Assembly: GCF_910586915.1 (NCBI RefSeq)
Contig: NZ_CAJULN010000009.1
Span: 3,754-67,753 of the forward strand
Direction of reading: 5' to 3'
DNA from: an uncultured Bacteroides sp.
GTDB taxonomy: Bacteria; Bacteroidota; Bacteroidia; Bacteroidales; Bacteroidaceae
Length of the DNA stretch: 64,000 bases
Part shown: piece after piece, positions 21,205 to 31,778 of the stretch
Layout: each line of letters opens with the position of its first letter
Numbering within the stretch: the first letter of the stretch is position 1
Notes under the pieces: generated by a model
Database searches by the model: none
What the model was told of the DNA's origin: nothing
Seen by the model: only the letters and a program-made list of their open reading frames with translations
Translations under genes and position numbers: made by a program

Positions 21205-22506
21205 TTACAGAAAAGTTCCTTCGCGGTAATATTTCTCCAGTTTCAGGGTCATTTCCACCTGCAGGCGCACGCGTATCAACTCCGCCCTGGCAGAGATAAA
21301 CCGGTTGCGTGCTTCCATCAACTGAAAGACGGAGATAAGTCCCTCCTCCCACTTCCGTTCGGACTCTTTGAGCACCCGTGTTTCCGCACTCAACTGCTGC
21401 AACGCCTGCTGATGTTCGGCATAACCGGCACGCAAGGAAAGGAGTGTCTGCTCGATGTCGGTGTACAACTGCTGCTTCTCCAACGCCTCTTCCTGTTTGA
21501 GACGATGCAGGTTCAGTTTCAGTTTGCGTTGATTCGCCAGCCGTTCGAAACCGCTCAGCAACGGAAAGGAGATACCGAAGCCGACATATCGCCCCATATG
21601 TTCGCGCAGTTGGCGGGCAGAGAACAGAGTATGGCTGAAATTGGAACCGACCGTCAGACGGGCATAGAAGGAAGGGGCAAAAGCACCGCCCGCCACGGCA
21701 TATTCCTTGCGGGCAGCCTGTTGCTTCAAATCCATCAGACGCACGACGGGCATCACCTCCAACGACTGCCCGTAGAGCGTCTCGGCCGACGGACACGGAA
21801 GCAACGGAAGCCTGCCTGGGTCGGCAATGGTATCCATAATGACCAATGTATCTCCCTGCGGGAAGTTCACCAACTGTTGCAGATGCAATCCTGCCAACCG
21901 GCAACTCTTGGCACGCGACCGGTAACGGTATATATCCCCCTCTCTGCGGGCTTTCACCTCCTGCATATCGGACATGGATTTCAGACCCAATTCCACAAAT
22001 GCTTCGGTCTGCTTCAGGTAGCGTTCGCTCAGGCGGCTTTGCTCCAAAGCAAGTTGCAACAGTTTTCTCTCCAACAGCAGTTTGTAGTATGCATCCGTCA
22101 CTTGATAAGCAAGTTCGTTCCGTCGGTTTTTCAATTCCCATTCGGCGTGTTCCCTGTTTATCTTGCGGAAGCGTACCCGATTGATGCGCGAAAAGCCTTC
22201 AAACAGAGACAAGGTCATGTCCAGCCCCACGGTTCCTTCTTCAAACGTCTTGTCCGTGTAGCCGTTGGTGTCCGGGTCTATCGAACGCCCGAACCGCTTT
22301 CCCGTCTCTGCATGAGCGGTGATGCGGGGAAGGAAATTGCCGATAGCGGCCACATATTCCGTCTGCGCCTCCTTTATACCGATTACACCGCTTTGTATGG
22401 AGGGATGTTGCTCCCACGCCAGGCGGATGCATTCGTCCAGGCTCAAGGCAGGCTGGGCAAGTGCTACCGAAGGCCATAGCAAGCATAAAAAGAAAATGTT
22501 TCTCAT
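21205..22506 (-). CDS. TolC-family outer-membrane efflux protein
   Basis: Signal peptide, LSLDECIRLA, two OEP-like repeats. Confidence 0.9.
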   Translation of the reverse strand: MRNIFFLCLLWPSVALAQPALSLDECIRLAWEQHPSIQSGVIGIKEAQTEYVAAIGNFLPRITAHAETGKRFGRSIDPDTNGYTDKTFEEGTVGLDMTLSLFEGFSRINRVRFRKINREHAEWELKNRRNELAYQVTDAYYKLLLERKLLQLALEQSRLSERYLKQTEAFVELGLKSMSDMQEVKARREGDIYRYRSRAKSCRLAGLHLQQLVNFPQGDTLVIMDTIADPGRLPLLPCPSAETLYGQSLEVMPVVRLMDLKQQAARKEYAVAGGAFAPSFYARLTVGSNFSHTLFSARQLREHMGRYVGFGISFPLLSGFERLANQRKLKLNLHRLKQEEALEKQQLYTDIEQTLLSLRAGYAEHQQALQQLSAETRVLKESERKWEEGLISVFQLMEARNRFISARAELIRVRLQVEMTLKLEKYYREGTFL

Positions 22507-22538
22507 CTTTTATAATATATGTTTGGTGCAGTCAGTAG

Positions 22539-22555
22539 AGCAAACACAATGCCAA
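22539..22555 (-). promoter_or_regulatory. Sigma54 (-24/-12) promoter of the tolC-ABC operon
   Basis: TTGGCATTGTGTTTGCT has exact GG-N10-GC spacing and lies 33 bp upstream of the tolC start. Confidence 0.75.
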
Positions 22556-22608
22556 AACAGATAAGCATCTGATTTAAAAGCCAATGGCAAATGAGCGGTT
22601 ATCGCCGG

Positions 22609-22762
22609 CGTCCAATTATTGGACGGCACAGTGTGTAATAATTGGACGTTATCCGACAACGATGCCCGCAAACGGCCGTTGTATGGCGTACAAGCCCCGG
22701 ATAGCTCGAAAACAGAAGCACCGCTACAAGAAATTCCTTTCAAAACGTCTAATTATTGGACA
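22609..22762. promoter_or_regulatory. Three palindromic enhancer-like sites for the NtrC-family regulator
   Basis: CGTCCAATTATTGGACG (22609-22625), TGTGTAATAATTGGACG (22632-22648), CGTCTAATTATTGGACA (22746-22762). Confidence 0.7.
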
Positions 22763-22831
22763 CTCGCTTGCAGAGAAAGGCGAAAACGGATATCTTTACC
22801 CAAAAACTTTAAGAACGCTATTCCTCCCTGT

Positions 22832-24190
22832 ATGGAAAACGGAACGATTTTAATAGTAGATGACAATAAAAGTGTGCTGGCTTCGCTCGAGCTCTTGTTG
22901 GAAAACGAGTTCAGCACCATTCGTATCGCCACCCATCCCAACCAGATATCGACGCTGCTTGCCACCTCTTCCATCGATGTGGTCATTCTTGACATGAATT
23001 TCTCGGCAGGTATCAACAACGGCAACGAAGGGCTGTACTGGCTGAAACGTATTCATGAGATGCGCCCTTCGCTTCCCGTGGTGATGCTGACTGCCTATGG
23101 GGATGTGGAGCTTGCCGTAAAAGCCTTGAAGAACGGTGCTTCGGACTTCTTGCTCAAACCGTGGGACAACCGGACGCTGGTTCGGAAGATAAAAGAAGCC
23201 TTTCAGCCTCAACCGAACAGCAAAGGCACTTCAAAAGCCAAAAAACAACCCGCCGACGCGGGCAACCCTTCTAAAACGGAGATGCTGACAGGACACTCGC
23301 CCGCCATGCTGCAACTGATAAAGGTGGTGAACAAGGTAGCCAAAACCGACGCCAACATCCTGATAACCGGAGAGAACGGAACCGGAAAGGAGATGCTGGC
23401 AAGGGAGATTCACCGCCTTTCGTCGCGCAACGCCCGCCCGATGCTGAGCATCGATATGGGTGCCATCAGCGAATCTCTTTTTGAAAGCGAGCTTTTCGGG
23501 CACGAACGCGGAGCGTTTACGGATGCCTACGAAAGCCGTCCAGGAAAATTCGAGGCTGCCAACGGCAGTTCGCTCTTTATGGACGAAATCGGGAACCTCC
23601 CCCTTGCCCTGCAAGCCAAGCTACTGACCGTACTGCAAAACAGAAACATCACCCGCATCGGAAGCAATAAGGTGGTCCCCGTCGATATCCGCCTGATTTC
23701 CGCCACCAACAAGGACATTCCGGAAATGGTGAAAGAGGGATTGTTTCGCGAAGACCTGTTCTACCGCATCAACACCATCCATCTGGAAATCCCTCCCTTG
23801 CGGGAACGGGGAAACGACATCCTTCTGTTTGCCGAAACCTTTCTCCGCCGTTTCGCTTCCAAGTATCAGCGTCCGGAACTGCGGATGCATGAGCAGACGA
23901 TGGAGAAGCTGCGCTCTTATCATTGGCCGGGCAACATCCGCGAATTGCAGCACGCCATCGAGAAAGCCGTCATCTTGTGTGAAGGCAGCGTGATACGCCC
24001 CAAAGATATTTTGGTCAAACAGACCTGGAAACCGCAAACTACCCATACCGTACCCAACTTGGAGGAGGTGGAAAGGCAAGCCATCGAAACCGCCATCCTG
24101 CAAAACAACGGCAATCTGACTGCCGCCGCCGAACAACTGCGAATCAGCCGGCAGACACTCTACAACAAACTGAAACGCTTTAAACCCTGA
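22832..24190 (+). CDS. Sigma54-dependent NtrC-family response regulator
   Basis: Receiver (ILIVDD...LDMNF), GENGTGKE, GAFTDA, WPGNIREL, Fis-type HTH; likely start ATG 22832. Confidence 0.95.
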   Translation: MENGTILIVDDNKSVLASLELLLENEFSTIRIATHPNQISTLLATSSIDVVILDMNFSAGINNGNEGLYWLKRIHEMRPSLPVVMLTAYGDVELAVKALKNGASDFLLKPWDNRTLVRKIKEAFQPQPNSKGTSKAKKQPADAGNPSKTEMLTGHSPAMLQLIKVVNKVAKTDANILITGENGTGKEMLAREIHRLSSRNARPMLSIDMGAISESLFESELFGHERGAFTDAYESRPGKFEAANGSSLFMDEIGNLPLALQAKLLTVLQNRNITRIGSNKVVPVDIRLISATNKDIPEMVKEGLFREDLFYRINTIHLEIPPLRERGNDILLFAETFLRRFASKYQRPELRMHEQTMEKLRSYHWPGNIRELQHAIEKAVILCEGSVIRPKDILVKQTWKPQTTHTVPNLEEVERQAIETAILQNNGNLTAAAEQLRISRQTLYNKLKRFKP

Positions 24191-24195
24191 ACCGC

Positions 24196-25449
24196 ATGAT
24201 ATTCAGCCGACACCTCTATTGGATGATATTGCTACACATCGTATTGATTCTTGTCACTTCGGGAACCGGGAGTTGGCTCATCATTTCACAACGCGGATTT
24301 GTGATAGGCACACTACTCGTTGTCTGCTCTCTCTTCCAGATAGGCGCACTGGTGGACAAGCTCAACTCTTTCAACCAAAAGCTGCGCATCTTCTTCGATG
24401 CCATAGAGGACAAGGACAATATGCTTTACTTTCCCGAACATCACGTCAACAAAGACCAGGAAAGGCTCAACCGTTCGCTCAACCGCATCAATCTCCTGCT
24501 TGCCAAAACCCAAGCCGAATATGCCAAGCAGGAACATTTCTACCGCTCGCTCCTGGAAGAGGTACCCAACGGTGTATTGGCGTGGGACTCTACGGGAAAA
24601 ATAATCCTGGCAAACAGCGCCGCCCACTCTCTCTTAGCGTGCAAGCAACTGACGCACCACGGGCAACTGCAATCGCTCTTGTACGAAAAAGGCAGAAAGG
24701 AGCATCTCAGCCTTTCGAAAAGGGATATGAAACTGCAAGAGGAAACTATCACTCTTCTCTCTATCAAGGACATTGGCGACGAGCTAAGCGACAAGGAAAG
24801 CGAATCGTGGAACAAGCTGAGCCACGTGCTCACGCATGAAATCATGAATACTATCGCTCCCATCATCTCGCTGTCGCAAACCTTATCCGCCTACCCGGAC
24901 ATCAACGAGAAAGCCATTCGTGGCCTGCGCATCATCCAGGCACAGAGCGAACGCCTGTTGCAATTCACCGAATCGTTCCGCCATCTCTCCTACCTGCCAC
25001 AACCCGACAAAAAACGCTTCTCGCTCACTGCAACTTTGGAAAATCTGCGTGAACTGCTGTCGGGCGACTTCCAAGCGAACAGCATCGCCTTCTCGCTCAC
25101 CTGTCTGCCTGAGACGATTTATATGGAAGGAGACGAAAACCAGCTCTCGCAAGTCTTGCTCAACCTGCTGAAAAACTCCATGCAGGCGTTGGAAGGAAAA
25201 GAGAACGGAAGCATCCGCATAGACGTGCGACAAAGCGAACGGATAACCATTGACATCGAAGACAACGGCACAGGCATCCCGCCCGAATTGCAAGAAAAAG
25301 TATTCATCCCTTTCTACACGACCAAAACGGAGGGTAGCGGCATCGGACTTACCCTCTGCAAACAGATTGTCCGTCTGCACAACGGACATCTCACCATCCA
25401 CGAAAGCAGCCCGGGCAAAACGGTTTTTCACATTGATATACCGCTATAG
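24196..25449 (+). CDS. Sensor histidine kinase (NtrY-like, short TM hairpin)
   Basis: THEIMN H-box, NLLKN, DNGTG and GSGIGL ATPase boxes; two closely spaced N-terminal TMs. Confidence 0.93.
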   Translation: MIFSRHLYWMILLHIVLILVTSGTGSWLIISQRGFVIGTLLVVCSLFQIGALVDKLNSFNQKLRIFFDAIEDKDNMLYFPEHHVNKDQERLNRSLNRINLLLAKTQAEYAKQEHFYRSLLEEVPNGVLAWDSTGKIILANSAAHSLLACKQLTHHGQLQSLLYEKGRKEHLSLSKRDMKLQEETITLLSIKDIGDELSDKESESWNKLSHVLTHEIMNTIAPIISLSQTLSAYPDINEKAIRGLRIIQAQSERLLQFTESFRHLSYLPQPDKKRFSLTATLENLRELLSGDFQANSIAFSLTCLPETIYMEGDENQLSQVLLNLLKNSMQALEGKENGSIRIDVRQSERITIDIEDNGTGIPPELQEKVFIPFYTTKTEGSGIGLTLCKQIVRLHNGHLTIHESSPGKTVFHIDIPL

Positions 25450-25508
25450 ACAAACCTTTCCATGCTTTTGTGTGTTATTGCGTAAAGAACTTATCACATC
25501 CGAAAAGC

Positions 25509-26537
25509 ATGAAAGAAAAATACTGGAAATATTCGCTCATTGCCATTATCCTGTTAATGGGAGTTATCATCTTCCGGCAAATCACTCCTTTTATGGGAGG
25601 ATTGTTGGGCGCACTCACCATCTATATCCTCGTACGCGGGCAGATGGAGTATCTGACCGGCAAAAGACATCTGAAACGATACGTCGCTGCCTTGCTGATT
25701 ATCGCCGAAACCGTCCTTCTCTTCTTAGTTCCCGCAGGACTGACGGTATGGTTGCTCATCGACCTGCTGCAACACATCAATCTCGACCCTCAAACTTTCA
25801 TCGGGCCTATCCAGCAGGCGGCGGAAGCTATCAAGAACAAGACCGGATACGATGTGTTGGGCAACGACACACTTTCGTACCTCATCTCCTTGACACCGCG
25901 TGTCGGACAGCTAATCATGGGTAGCATCAGCAGCCTTGCCGTCAATCTGTTTGTCATGATATTCATCCTGTACTTCATGCTGTTGGGAGGTAAAAAAATG
26001 GAAGCGTATGTTGACGACCTGCTCCCCTTCAACGACAAGAACACACAAGAGGTAACGAATGAAATCGCGATGACTGTGCGCTCCAACGCCATTGGTATCC
26101 CATTGTTGGCAATCATCCAGGGAGCTGTGGCGATGATAGGTTATCTCATCTTCGGTGCTCCCAATGTATGGATTTTAGGGTTCTTCACCTGCTTTGCCAC
26201 GATTATCCCGATGGTAGGCACGGCGTTGGTATGGTTTCCGGTATGTGTCTATTTCGCACTGACGGGCAACTGGTTCGGTGCCATCGGCCTGTTTGCATAC
26301 GGTGCCATTGTCATCTCACAATCCGACAACCTGATACGGTTTATCCTCCAGAAGAAAATGGCCGACATCCATCCGCTCATCACCATCTTCGGTGTTGTTA
26401 TCGGACTGCCGATTTTCGGATTTATGGGCGTAATCTTCGGCCCGTTGTTGCTTTCTCTGTTCTTTCTCTTTGTGGATATGTTTAAAAAAGAATACTTAGG
26501 TTCGCGAAATAAGCTCCTCCCTAAAGAACCGGACTAA
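25509..26537 (+). CDS. AI-2E family transporter
   Basis: Multi-TM; IPMVGT, DNLIRF, HPLITIFGV and FGFMGVIFGP motifs; likely start ATG 25509. Confidence 0.88.
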   Translation: MKEKYWKYSLIAIILLMGVIIFRQITPFMGGLLGALTIYILVRGQMEYLTGKRHLKRYVAALLIIAETVLLFLVPAGLTVWLLIDLLQHINLDPQTFIGPIQQAAEAIKNKTGYDVLGNDTLSYLISLTPRVGQLIMGSISSLAVNLFVMIFILYFMLLGGKKMEAYVDDLLPFNDKNTQEVTNEIAMTVRSNAIGIPLLAIIQGAVAMIGYLIFGAPNVWILGFFTCFATIIPMVGTALVWFPVCVYFALTGNWFGAIGLFAYGAIVISQSDNLIRFILQKKMADIHPLITIFGVVIGLPIFGFMGVIFGPLLLSLFFLFVDMFKKEYLGSRNKLLPKEPD

Positions 26538-26584
26538 CAAAAAAATGCGTACTTTTGCAGCGTAAAAAACGACACTGAATTTCA

Positions 26585-27757
26585 ATGGAAGCACTTACAT
26601 TCAATACTGCCGAACTGATTGCATTATCGATGGCAGGAGTTCTTTTAGTTATCCAACTTATTTACTATTTCGGTTTGTACAACCGGATACACCTGCGTAA
26701 CAAAACAATACGTAACGAAGAAGCGCATTTCTCGCGCGAACTGCCGCCGGTTTCCGTCATCATCTGTACGCGCAACGAAGCCGACAACCTGCGCAAAGTC
26801 CTTCCCGCCATATTGGAACAGGACTATCCGCAGTTTGAAGTAGTCGTCATCAACGATGATTCTACCGACGAGACGGAGGATGTATTGGGACACTTGGAAG
26901 AGAAATATCCCAATCTTTATCATAGCTTTACGCCGGACAGTGCCCGCTATATCAGCCACAAGAAATTGGCTCTGACTTTAGGCATCAAAGCCAGCAAATA
27001 CGACTGGCTGGTGTTTACGGAAACAAACTGCCTTCCTGCCAGCAACCAATGGCTGAGACTGATGGCACGCAACTTCACCCCGCAGACCCAAATCGTATTG
27101 GGATACAGCGGATACAACCGCACCAAAGACTGGTTGCACAAACGTGTGGCGTTCGACACGCTGTTCCAGTCGTTGCGATACTTGGGCTTTGCCCTGGCGG
27201 GCAAGCCTTATATGGGTATCGGCCGCAATATGGCCTACCGCAAAGAGTTGTTCTTCAAGCAAAAAGGATATTCCAAATACCTGAACCTGCAACGCGGGGA
27301 GGACGACTTGTTTGTCAACCAAATGGGAAACAGCAGCAACACCCGTGTAGAAACGGACTTTCATGCATCCATGCGGATACAACCCGTTTACCGTTACAAA
27401 GACTGGAAAGAAGAAAAAGTAAGTTATGTAGCCACCTCGCGCTTCTACAACGGGACGCAACGCTATCTGTTAGGTTTTGAAACCTGTTCGCGCTTGTTGC
27501 TGTACGTTGCCTGCATCGCAGGTTTTGTGTCGGGTATCCTCAGTTTTCATTGGTTGGCGGCGGGAACGGCACTATTGCTTTGGCTCATTCGCTACACCGT
27601 GCAGGCGGTCATTATCAACCGTACTGCCAAAGAGATGGGCGGCAACAGGAAGTATTACTTCTCATTGCCGGTATTCGACATTCTGCAACCGATGCAATCG
27701 CTTCATTTCAAGCTATGCCGTCTGTTACGGGGGAAAGGTGAGTTTATGAGAAAATAA
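26585..27757 (+). CDS. Family 2 glycosyltransferase, membrane-bound
   Basis: PVSVIIC, QDYP, INDDSTD, KKLAL and GEDDL motifs with flanking TMs. Confidence 0.88.
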   Translation: MEALTFNTAELIALSMAGVLLVIQLIYYFGLYNRIHLRNKTIRNEEAHFSRELPPVSVIICTRNEADNLRKVLPAILEQDYPQFEVVVINDDSTDETEDVLGHLEEKYPNLYHSFTPDSARYISHKKLALTLGIKASKYDWLVFTETNCLPASNQWLRLMARNFTPQTQIVLGYSGYNRTKDWLHKRVAFDTLFQSLRYLGFALAGKPYMGIGRNMAYRKELFFKQKGYSKYLNLQRGEDDLFVNQMGNSSNTRVETDFHASMRIQPVYRYKDWKEEKVSYVATSRFYNGTQRYLLGFETCSRLLLYVACIAGFVSGILSFHWLAAGTALLLWLIRYTVQAVIINRTAKEMGGNRKYYFSLPVFDILQPMQSLHFKLCRLLRGKGEFMRK

Positions 27758-27766
27758 GAGAATCCG

Positions 27767-29011
27767 TTATTCGTATCTCATCGAGGTTGCCGGATTGATT
27801 TTGGTAATCAAAAACGAAGGGCCTATCAGCATCAACACGGCAGACAGCAATGTGCCGATATTGATGAGCAGGAAAAGCAGAACATTGAAAGAGACCGGAA
27901 CGGTATCCACATAATAGTTTTCCGGGTCGAGTTTGAAAAGGCCGAACTGCGACTGAAGAAGGCAGAACGCCAAGCCGATAACATTTCCCCAAAGCATCCC
28001 TTTGCCAATCAGGAAAACAGCAAACCAAAGGAAGGTTTTGCGGATGGTGAGGTTGGTAGCTCCCAATGCTTTCAGAATACCAATCATATTCGTGCGTTCG
28101 ATAATGATAATGAGCAGGCCGGAAATCATGGTAAATCCGGCAACAGCTATCATCAGGAACAGTATCACCCACACATTCATATCCAACAGGCCGAGCCATT
28201 CAAATATCTGCGGATTCAACTGTTCGATATGGCGCACATAGTACACCCCTCCAAATTCATCCTGTCTGTTGTCGGTGTCGAGTGCTATTTCATACGTCGT
28301 ATCTTCGAGCTTATCGTAGTCTTTCACTTGAAGTTCCACGCCGGTCACCTGTTCGGGTTGCCAACCATTGAGGCGGTTCACCAAATAAAGGTCGGTCAGC
28401 AGGAAGAGATTATCGTATTCGGAGAAGTTAGTCTGATAGATTCCGGCAATAGTCAGCCGGCGCGCACGGACATTGTCCTGTATGTAATAGGTATAAATCT
28501 TATCCCCCAACTTCAACTTCATCTTTGTTGCCAAAGACTTGGAGATAAGTACCCGGTTGCCAGATACCGAATCGCTGAAAGCAGGAGTCTCGCCTTCCAA
28601 CAGATACTCTTGCATGAAACGAGGGTCGAACTCCGGCCCGACGCCTTTGAGCACCATTCCCTGAAAAGCATCTTCCGTCTTAATCATGCCCGGCTTGGTG
28701 GAAAAACGCTGCACATGAGCCACCTCCGGATAATCGGAAAGGGCGGTCATCAGGCTATCTCCTGCTACAATGGGATGGGTCTCATAAGAACTTGCGGCGT
28801 CCAAATTGGCAATCTGGATATGCGAGCCGAAGCCTATGACCTTATTCCGTACTTCGCTCTTAAACCCGATAACCACCGCCACGGCAATAATCATCACCGC
28901 CAATCCGAGCGCAATACCCGTCATGGCAATGAGGACCGCAGGACGTGAGGCCTGCTTTCCACCATCGCTTTCACGATAAATACGCCGGGCTATGAAAAGT
29001 GACAGAGACAA
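27767..29011 (-). CDS. LolC/E-type (FtsX) ABC permease, probably lipoprotein release
   Basis: GIALGLAVMIIAVAVVIGF, ERTNMIGILKALGA and YYVDTVP motifs; TTG start. Confidence 0.8.
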   Translation of the reverse strand: MSLSLFIARRIYRESDGGKQASRPAVLIAMTGIALGLAVMIIAVAVVIGFKSEVRNKVIGFGSHIQIANLDAASSYETHPIVAGDSLMTALSDYPEVAHVQRFSTKPGMIKTEDAFQGMVLKGVGPEFDPRFMQEYLLEGETPAFSDSVSGNRVLISKSLATKMKLKLGDKIYTYYIQDNVRARRLTIAGIYQTNFSEYDNLFLLTDLYLVNRLNGWQPEQVTGVELQVKDYDKLEDTTYEIALDTDNRQDEFGGVYYVRHIEQLNPQIFEWLGLLDMNVWVILFLMIAVAGFTMISGLLIIIIERTNMIGILKALGATNLTIRKTFLWFAVFLIGKGMLWGNVIGLAFCLLQSQFGLFKLDPENYYVDTVPVSFNVLLFLLINIGTLLSAVLMLIGPSFLITKINPATSMRYE

Positions 29012-29033
29012 GTTTCCTTCGGTGATTTAGTGA

Positions 29034-30233
29034 TTAATCCACTCTTCCCGGATACGCTTCCAGAGCCTTCTGCAAGACGAACAGCGCACGGGTCAAATCT
29101 TCTTTGTTCAGCACGTAAGCGATACGGACTTCATTGACACCCGAACCGGGAGTGGTGTAGAAACCAGAAGCCGGAGCCATGAATACCGTCTGCCCTTCGT
29201 ATTCGAAATCGGAGAGACACCAGGCGCAGAACTTGTCCGAATCATCCACCGGAAGTTTCGCCACGGTGTAGAAGGCGCCCATCGGAATGGGAGAATAGAC
29301 GCCCGGGATACGGTTCAATCCGTCAATGAGGCACTTACGGCGTTCCACATATTCGTCATACGTCTCGCGCGAATACTCTTCGGGGGCGTCCAACGAGGCT
29401 TCGGCAGCAATCTGTCCAATCAAAGGAGGGCTCAGACGTGCCTGGCAGAACTTCATCACTGCATCGCGAATCTCTTTGTTTTTCGTAATCAGCGCGCCGA
29501 TACGGATACCGCATTCCGAGTAACGCTTGGATACGGAGTCAATCAGCACCACATTGTTCTCAATACCTTCCAAATGGCAGGCGGAGATATAGGGAGAACC
29601 GGTGTAGATAAACTCGCGATACACTTCGTCGGAAAAGAGGAACAAATCATATTTCTTTACCAAGTCGCGAATCTGATTCATCTCGCGGCGGGTGTACAAG
29701 TATCCCGTCGGGTTGTTGGGGTTGCAAATCAGAATGGCTTTGGTGCGTTCGTTTATCAGTTCTTCGAACTTCTCCACTTTCGGCAACGAGAAGCCCTCTT
29801 CGATGGTAGTGGCAATGGTGCGTATCTTTGCTCCGGCCGAGATGGCAAACGCCATGTAGTTGGCATACGCCGGCTCCGGAACAATAATCTCGTCGCCCGG
29901 ATTGAGACAGGAGAGGAAGGAGAACAGTACCGCTTCCGAACCGCCTGCCGTAATGATGATATCGTCGGCCGTAAGGTTAATATTGTACTTTGCATAATAT
30001 CCCACTAACTTCTCGCGATAGCTACGGTAGCCTGCACTGGGACTGTATTCCAGCACTTTGCGGTCGATGTTGCGTATCGCGTCAATCGCGGCCTGAGGGG
30101 TGGGCAGGTCGGGCTGTCCGATGTTCAGGTGAAACACGTGTACTCCGCGTTGCTTGGCGGCATCCGCCAAAGGAGCCAGTTTTCTGATAGGAGATGCAGG
30201 CATCTCGTTTCCGCGAATGGATATAGTTGGCAT
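29034..30233 (-). CDS. Class I/II PLP aminotransferase (aspartate aminotransferase-like)
   Basis: LNIGQPD, NPNNPTG, SDEVY and SVSKRYSECGIRIG motifs. Confidence 0.92.
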   Translation of the reverse strand: MPTISIRGNEMPASPIRKLAPLADAAKQRGVHVFHLNIGQPDLPTPQAAIDAIRNIDRKVLEYSPSAGYRSYREKLVGYYAKYNINLTADDIIITAGGSEAVLFSFLSCLNPGDEIIVPEPAYANYMAFAISAGAKIRTIATTIEEGFSLPKVEKFEELINERTKAILICNPNNPTGYLYTRREMNQIRDLVKKYDLFLFSDEVYREFIYTGSPYISACHLEGIENNVVLIDSVSKRYSECGIRIGALITKNKEIRDAVMKFCQARLSPPLIGQIAAEASLDAPEEYSRETYDEYVERRKCLIDGLNRIPGVYSPIPMGAFYTVAKLPVDDSDKFCAWCLSDFEYEGQTVFMAPASGFYTTPGSGVNEVRIAYVLNKEDLTRALFVLQKALEAYPGRVD

Positions 30234-30412
30234 AATTTTAACTACAAATTACTTAATTAGTATTTACTTTATCTGCTTGAATGTGCAAATGTACGCAATA
30301 ATTTGAATACAGAGACATAAAAACTTTAAAAACCTTAGCAAGGTTAAATTCGTTACGGTAATATGAAAAGAAAACGATACATTTGTTGTGCATAACTTAA
30401 AACAATATCACA

Positions 30413-31648
30413 ATGACCGTACACCTTATCTCCTTTGCATCATTCCTTCATAAACAAGCCACGATGCGCAGTTCGCACGAAGCGGTTTTAAGCGAGCTCG
30501 AAAAATATTATACCGTCCACTTGGTCGATTATCGGGATATGGACAAGCTGACAAGCGATGATTTCAAAATTATCTTTATCGCCACCGGCGGAGTGGAAAA
30601 GTTGGTCGTCCAACAATTCGAAAAACTCCCCCGTCCTGCCATTCTGTTGGCAGACGGGATGCAGAACTCTCTGGCCGCCGCTCTGGAGATATCGACATGG
30701 CTGCGCAGCAAGGGGATGAAAAGTGAGATACTTCACGGCGAATTGCCGTCCATCATACAGCGTGTACATACGCTTTATCACAATTACCAGGCACAACGTT
30801 CCCTGTTCGGCAAGCGCATCGGGGTCATCGGTGCTCCTTCGTCGTGGTTGGTTGCTAGCAATGTTGACTATCTGTTGGCGAAACGGCGCTGGGGCATCGA
30901 CTACCTTGACATTCCGTTGGAACGGGTCTACGAGCATTTCCACCGAATCGCGGACAACGAAGTGGGTGCTTCGTGTGCCGCAGTCGCTTCGCAAGCCCTT
31001 GCCTGCCGCGAGGGAACGCCCGAAGATATCATCAAATCCATGCGACTGTACCGGGCAATCAAGAAGGTATGCGAAGAGGAGCAGTTGGAAGCACTCACCC
31101 TAAGCTGTTTCAAACTGATTGAACAAATCGACACTACCGGCTGCCTGGCGTTGTCTCTTCTGAACGACGACGGAATCATAGCCGGATGCGAAGGCGACCT
31201 CCAATCGGTATTCACCCTGCTTGCCGTAAAAGCATTGACCGGAAAGGGCGGATTCATGGCAAACCCTTCGATGATTAACACGCGCACCAACGAACTTGTC
31301 TTAGCACACTGCACCGTGGGGCTCAAACAAACGGACAGGTATGTGATACGCAACCACTTTGAAACAGAAAAGAGCATCGCCATCCAGGGAATGCTCCCGA
31401 CGGGAGACGTGACCATCGTCAAGTGCGGCGGCGAATGTCTGGACGAATATTATTTATCGACGGGAACGCTCTCCGAAAATACAAATTACATCAATATGTG
31501 CCGCACACAAGTGCGTGTCCGCATGAATACTCCGGCCGAATATTTCCTGAAGAATCCGTTGGGCAATCATCACATCCTCGTGCAAGGAAACTACGAAGAT
31601 GCATTGCACGAGTTTTTTCAGGCAAACGCCTGTAAACGGACTGAATGA
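30413..31648 (+). CDS. L-fucose/L-arabinose isomerase-like protein
   Basis: CEGD, AHCT, CRTQ and GNH motifs of the fucose-isomerase C-terminal family; substrate unknown. Confidence 0.7.
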   Translation: MTVHLISFASFLHKQATMRSSHEAVLSELEKYYTVHLVDYRDMDKLTSDDFKIIFIATGGVEKLVVQQFEKLPRPAILLADGMQNSLAAALEISTWLRSKGMKSEILHGELPSIIQRVHTLYHNYQAQRSLFGKRIGVIGAPSSWLVASNVDYLLAKRRWGIDYLDIPLERVYEHFHRIADNEVGASCAAVASQALACREGTPEDIIKSMRLYRAIKKVCEEEQLEALTLSCFKLIEQIDTTGCLALSLLNDDGIIAGCEGDLQSVFTLLAVKALTGKGGFMANPSMINTRTNELVLAHCTVGLKQTDRYVIRNHFETEKSIAIQGMLPTGDVTIVKCGGECLDEYYLSTGTLSENTNYINMCRTQVRVRMNTPAEYFLKNPLGNHHILVQGNYEDALHEFFQANACKRTE

Positions 31649-31778
31649 TGTATTGTGACATTTTTGTATGATTCTTAGTTATAAGGGGGAAAAACAACCT
31701 GTTTTTAAGATAAGTTTGCAAAAAAGAGCGGGATGTTTTCACCTTTTTCCGGAAGAGAACTGCACTTTCAAGTTTATA

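Noticed and set aside
22619..22831. N-terminal extensions given by the ORF track (regulator at 22619, also 3211, 40016, 47880, 58723)
   Set aside because: They run through promoter, terminator or neighbouring-gene sequence; downstream starts match the domain boundaries.
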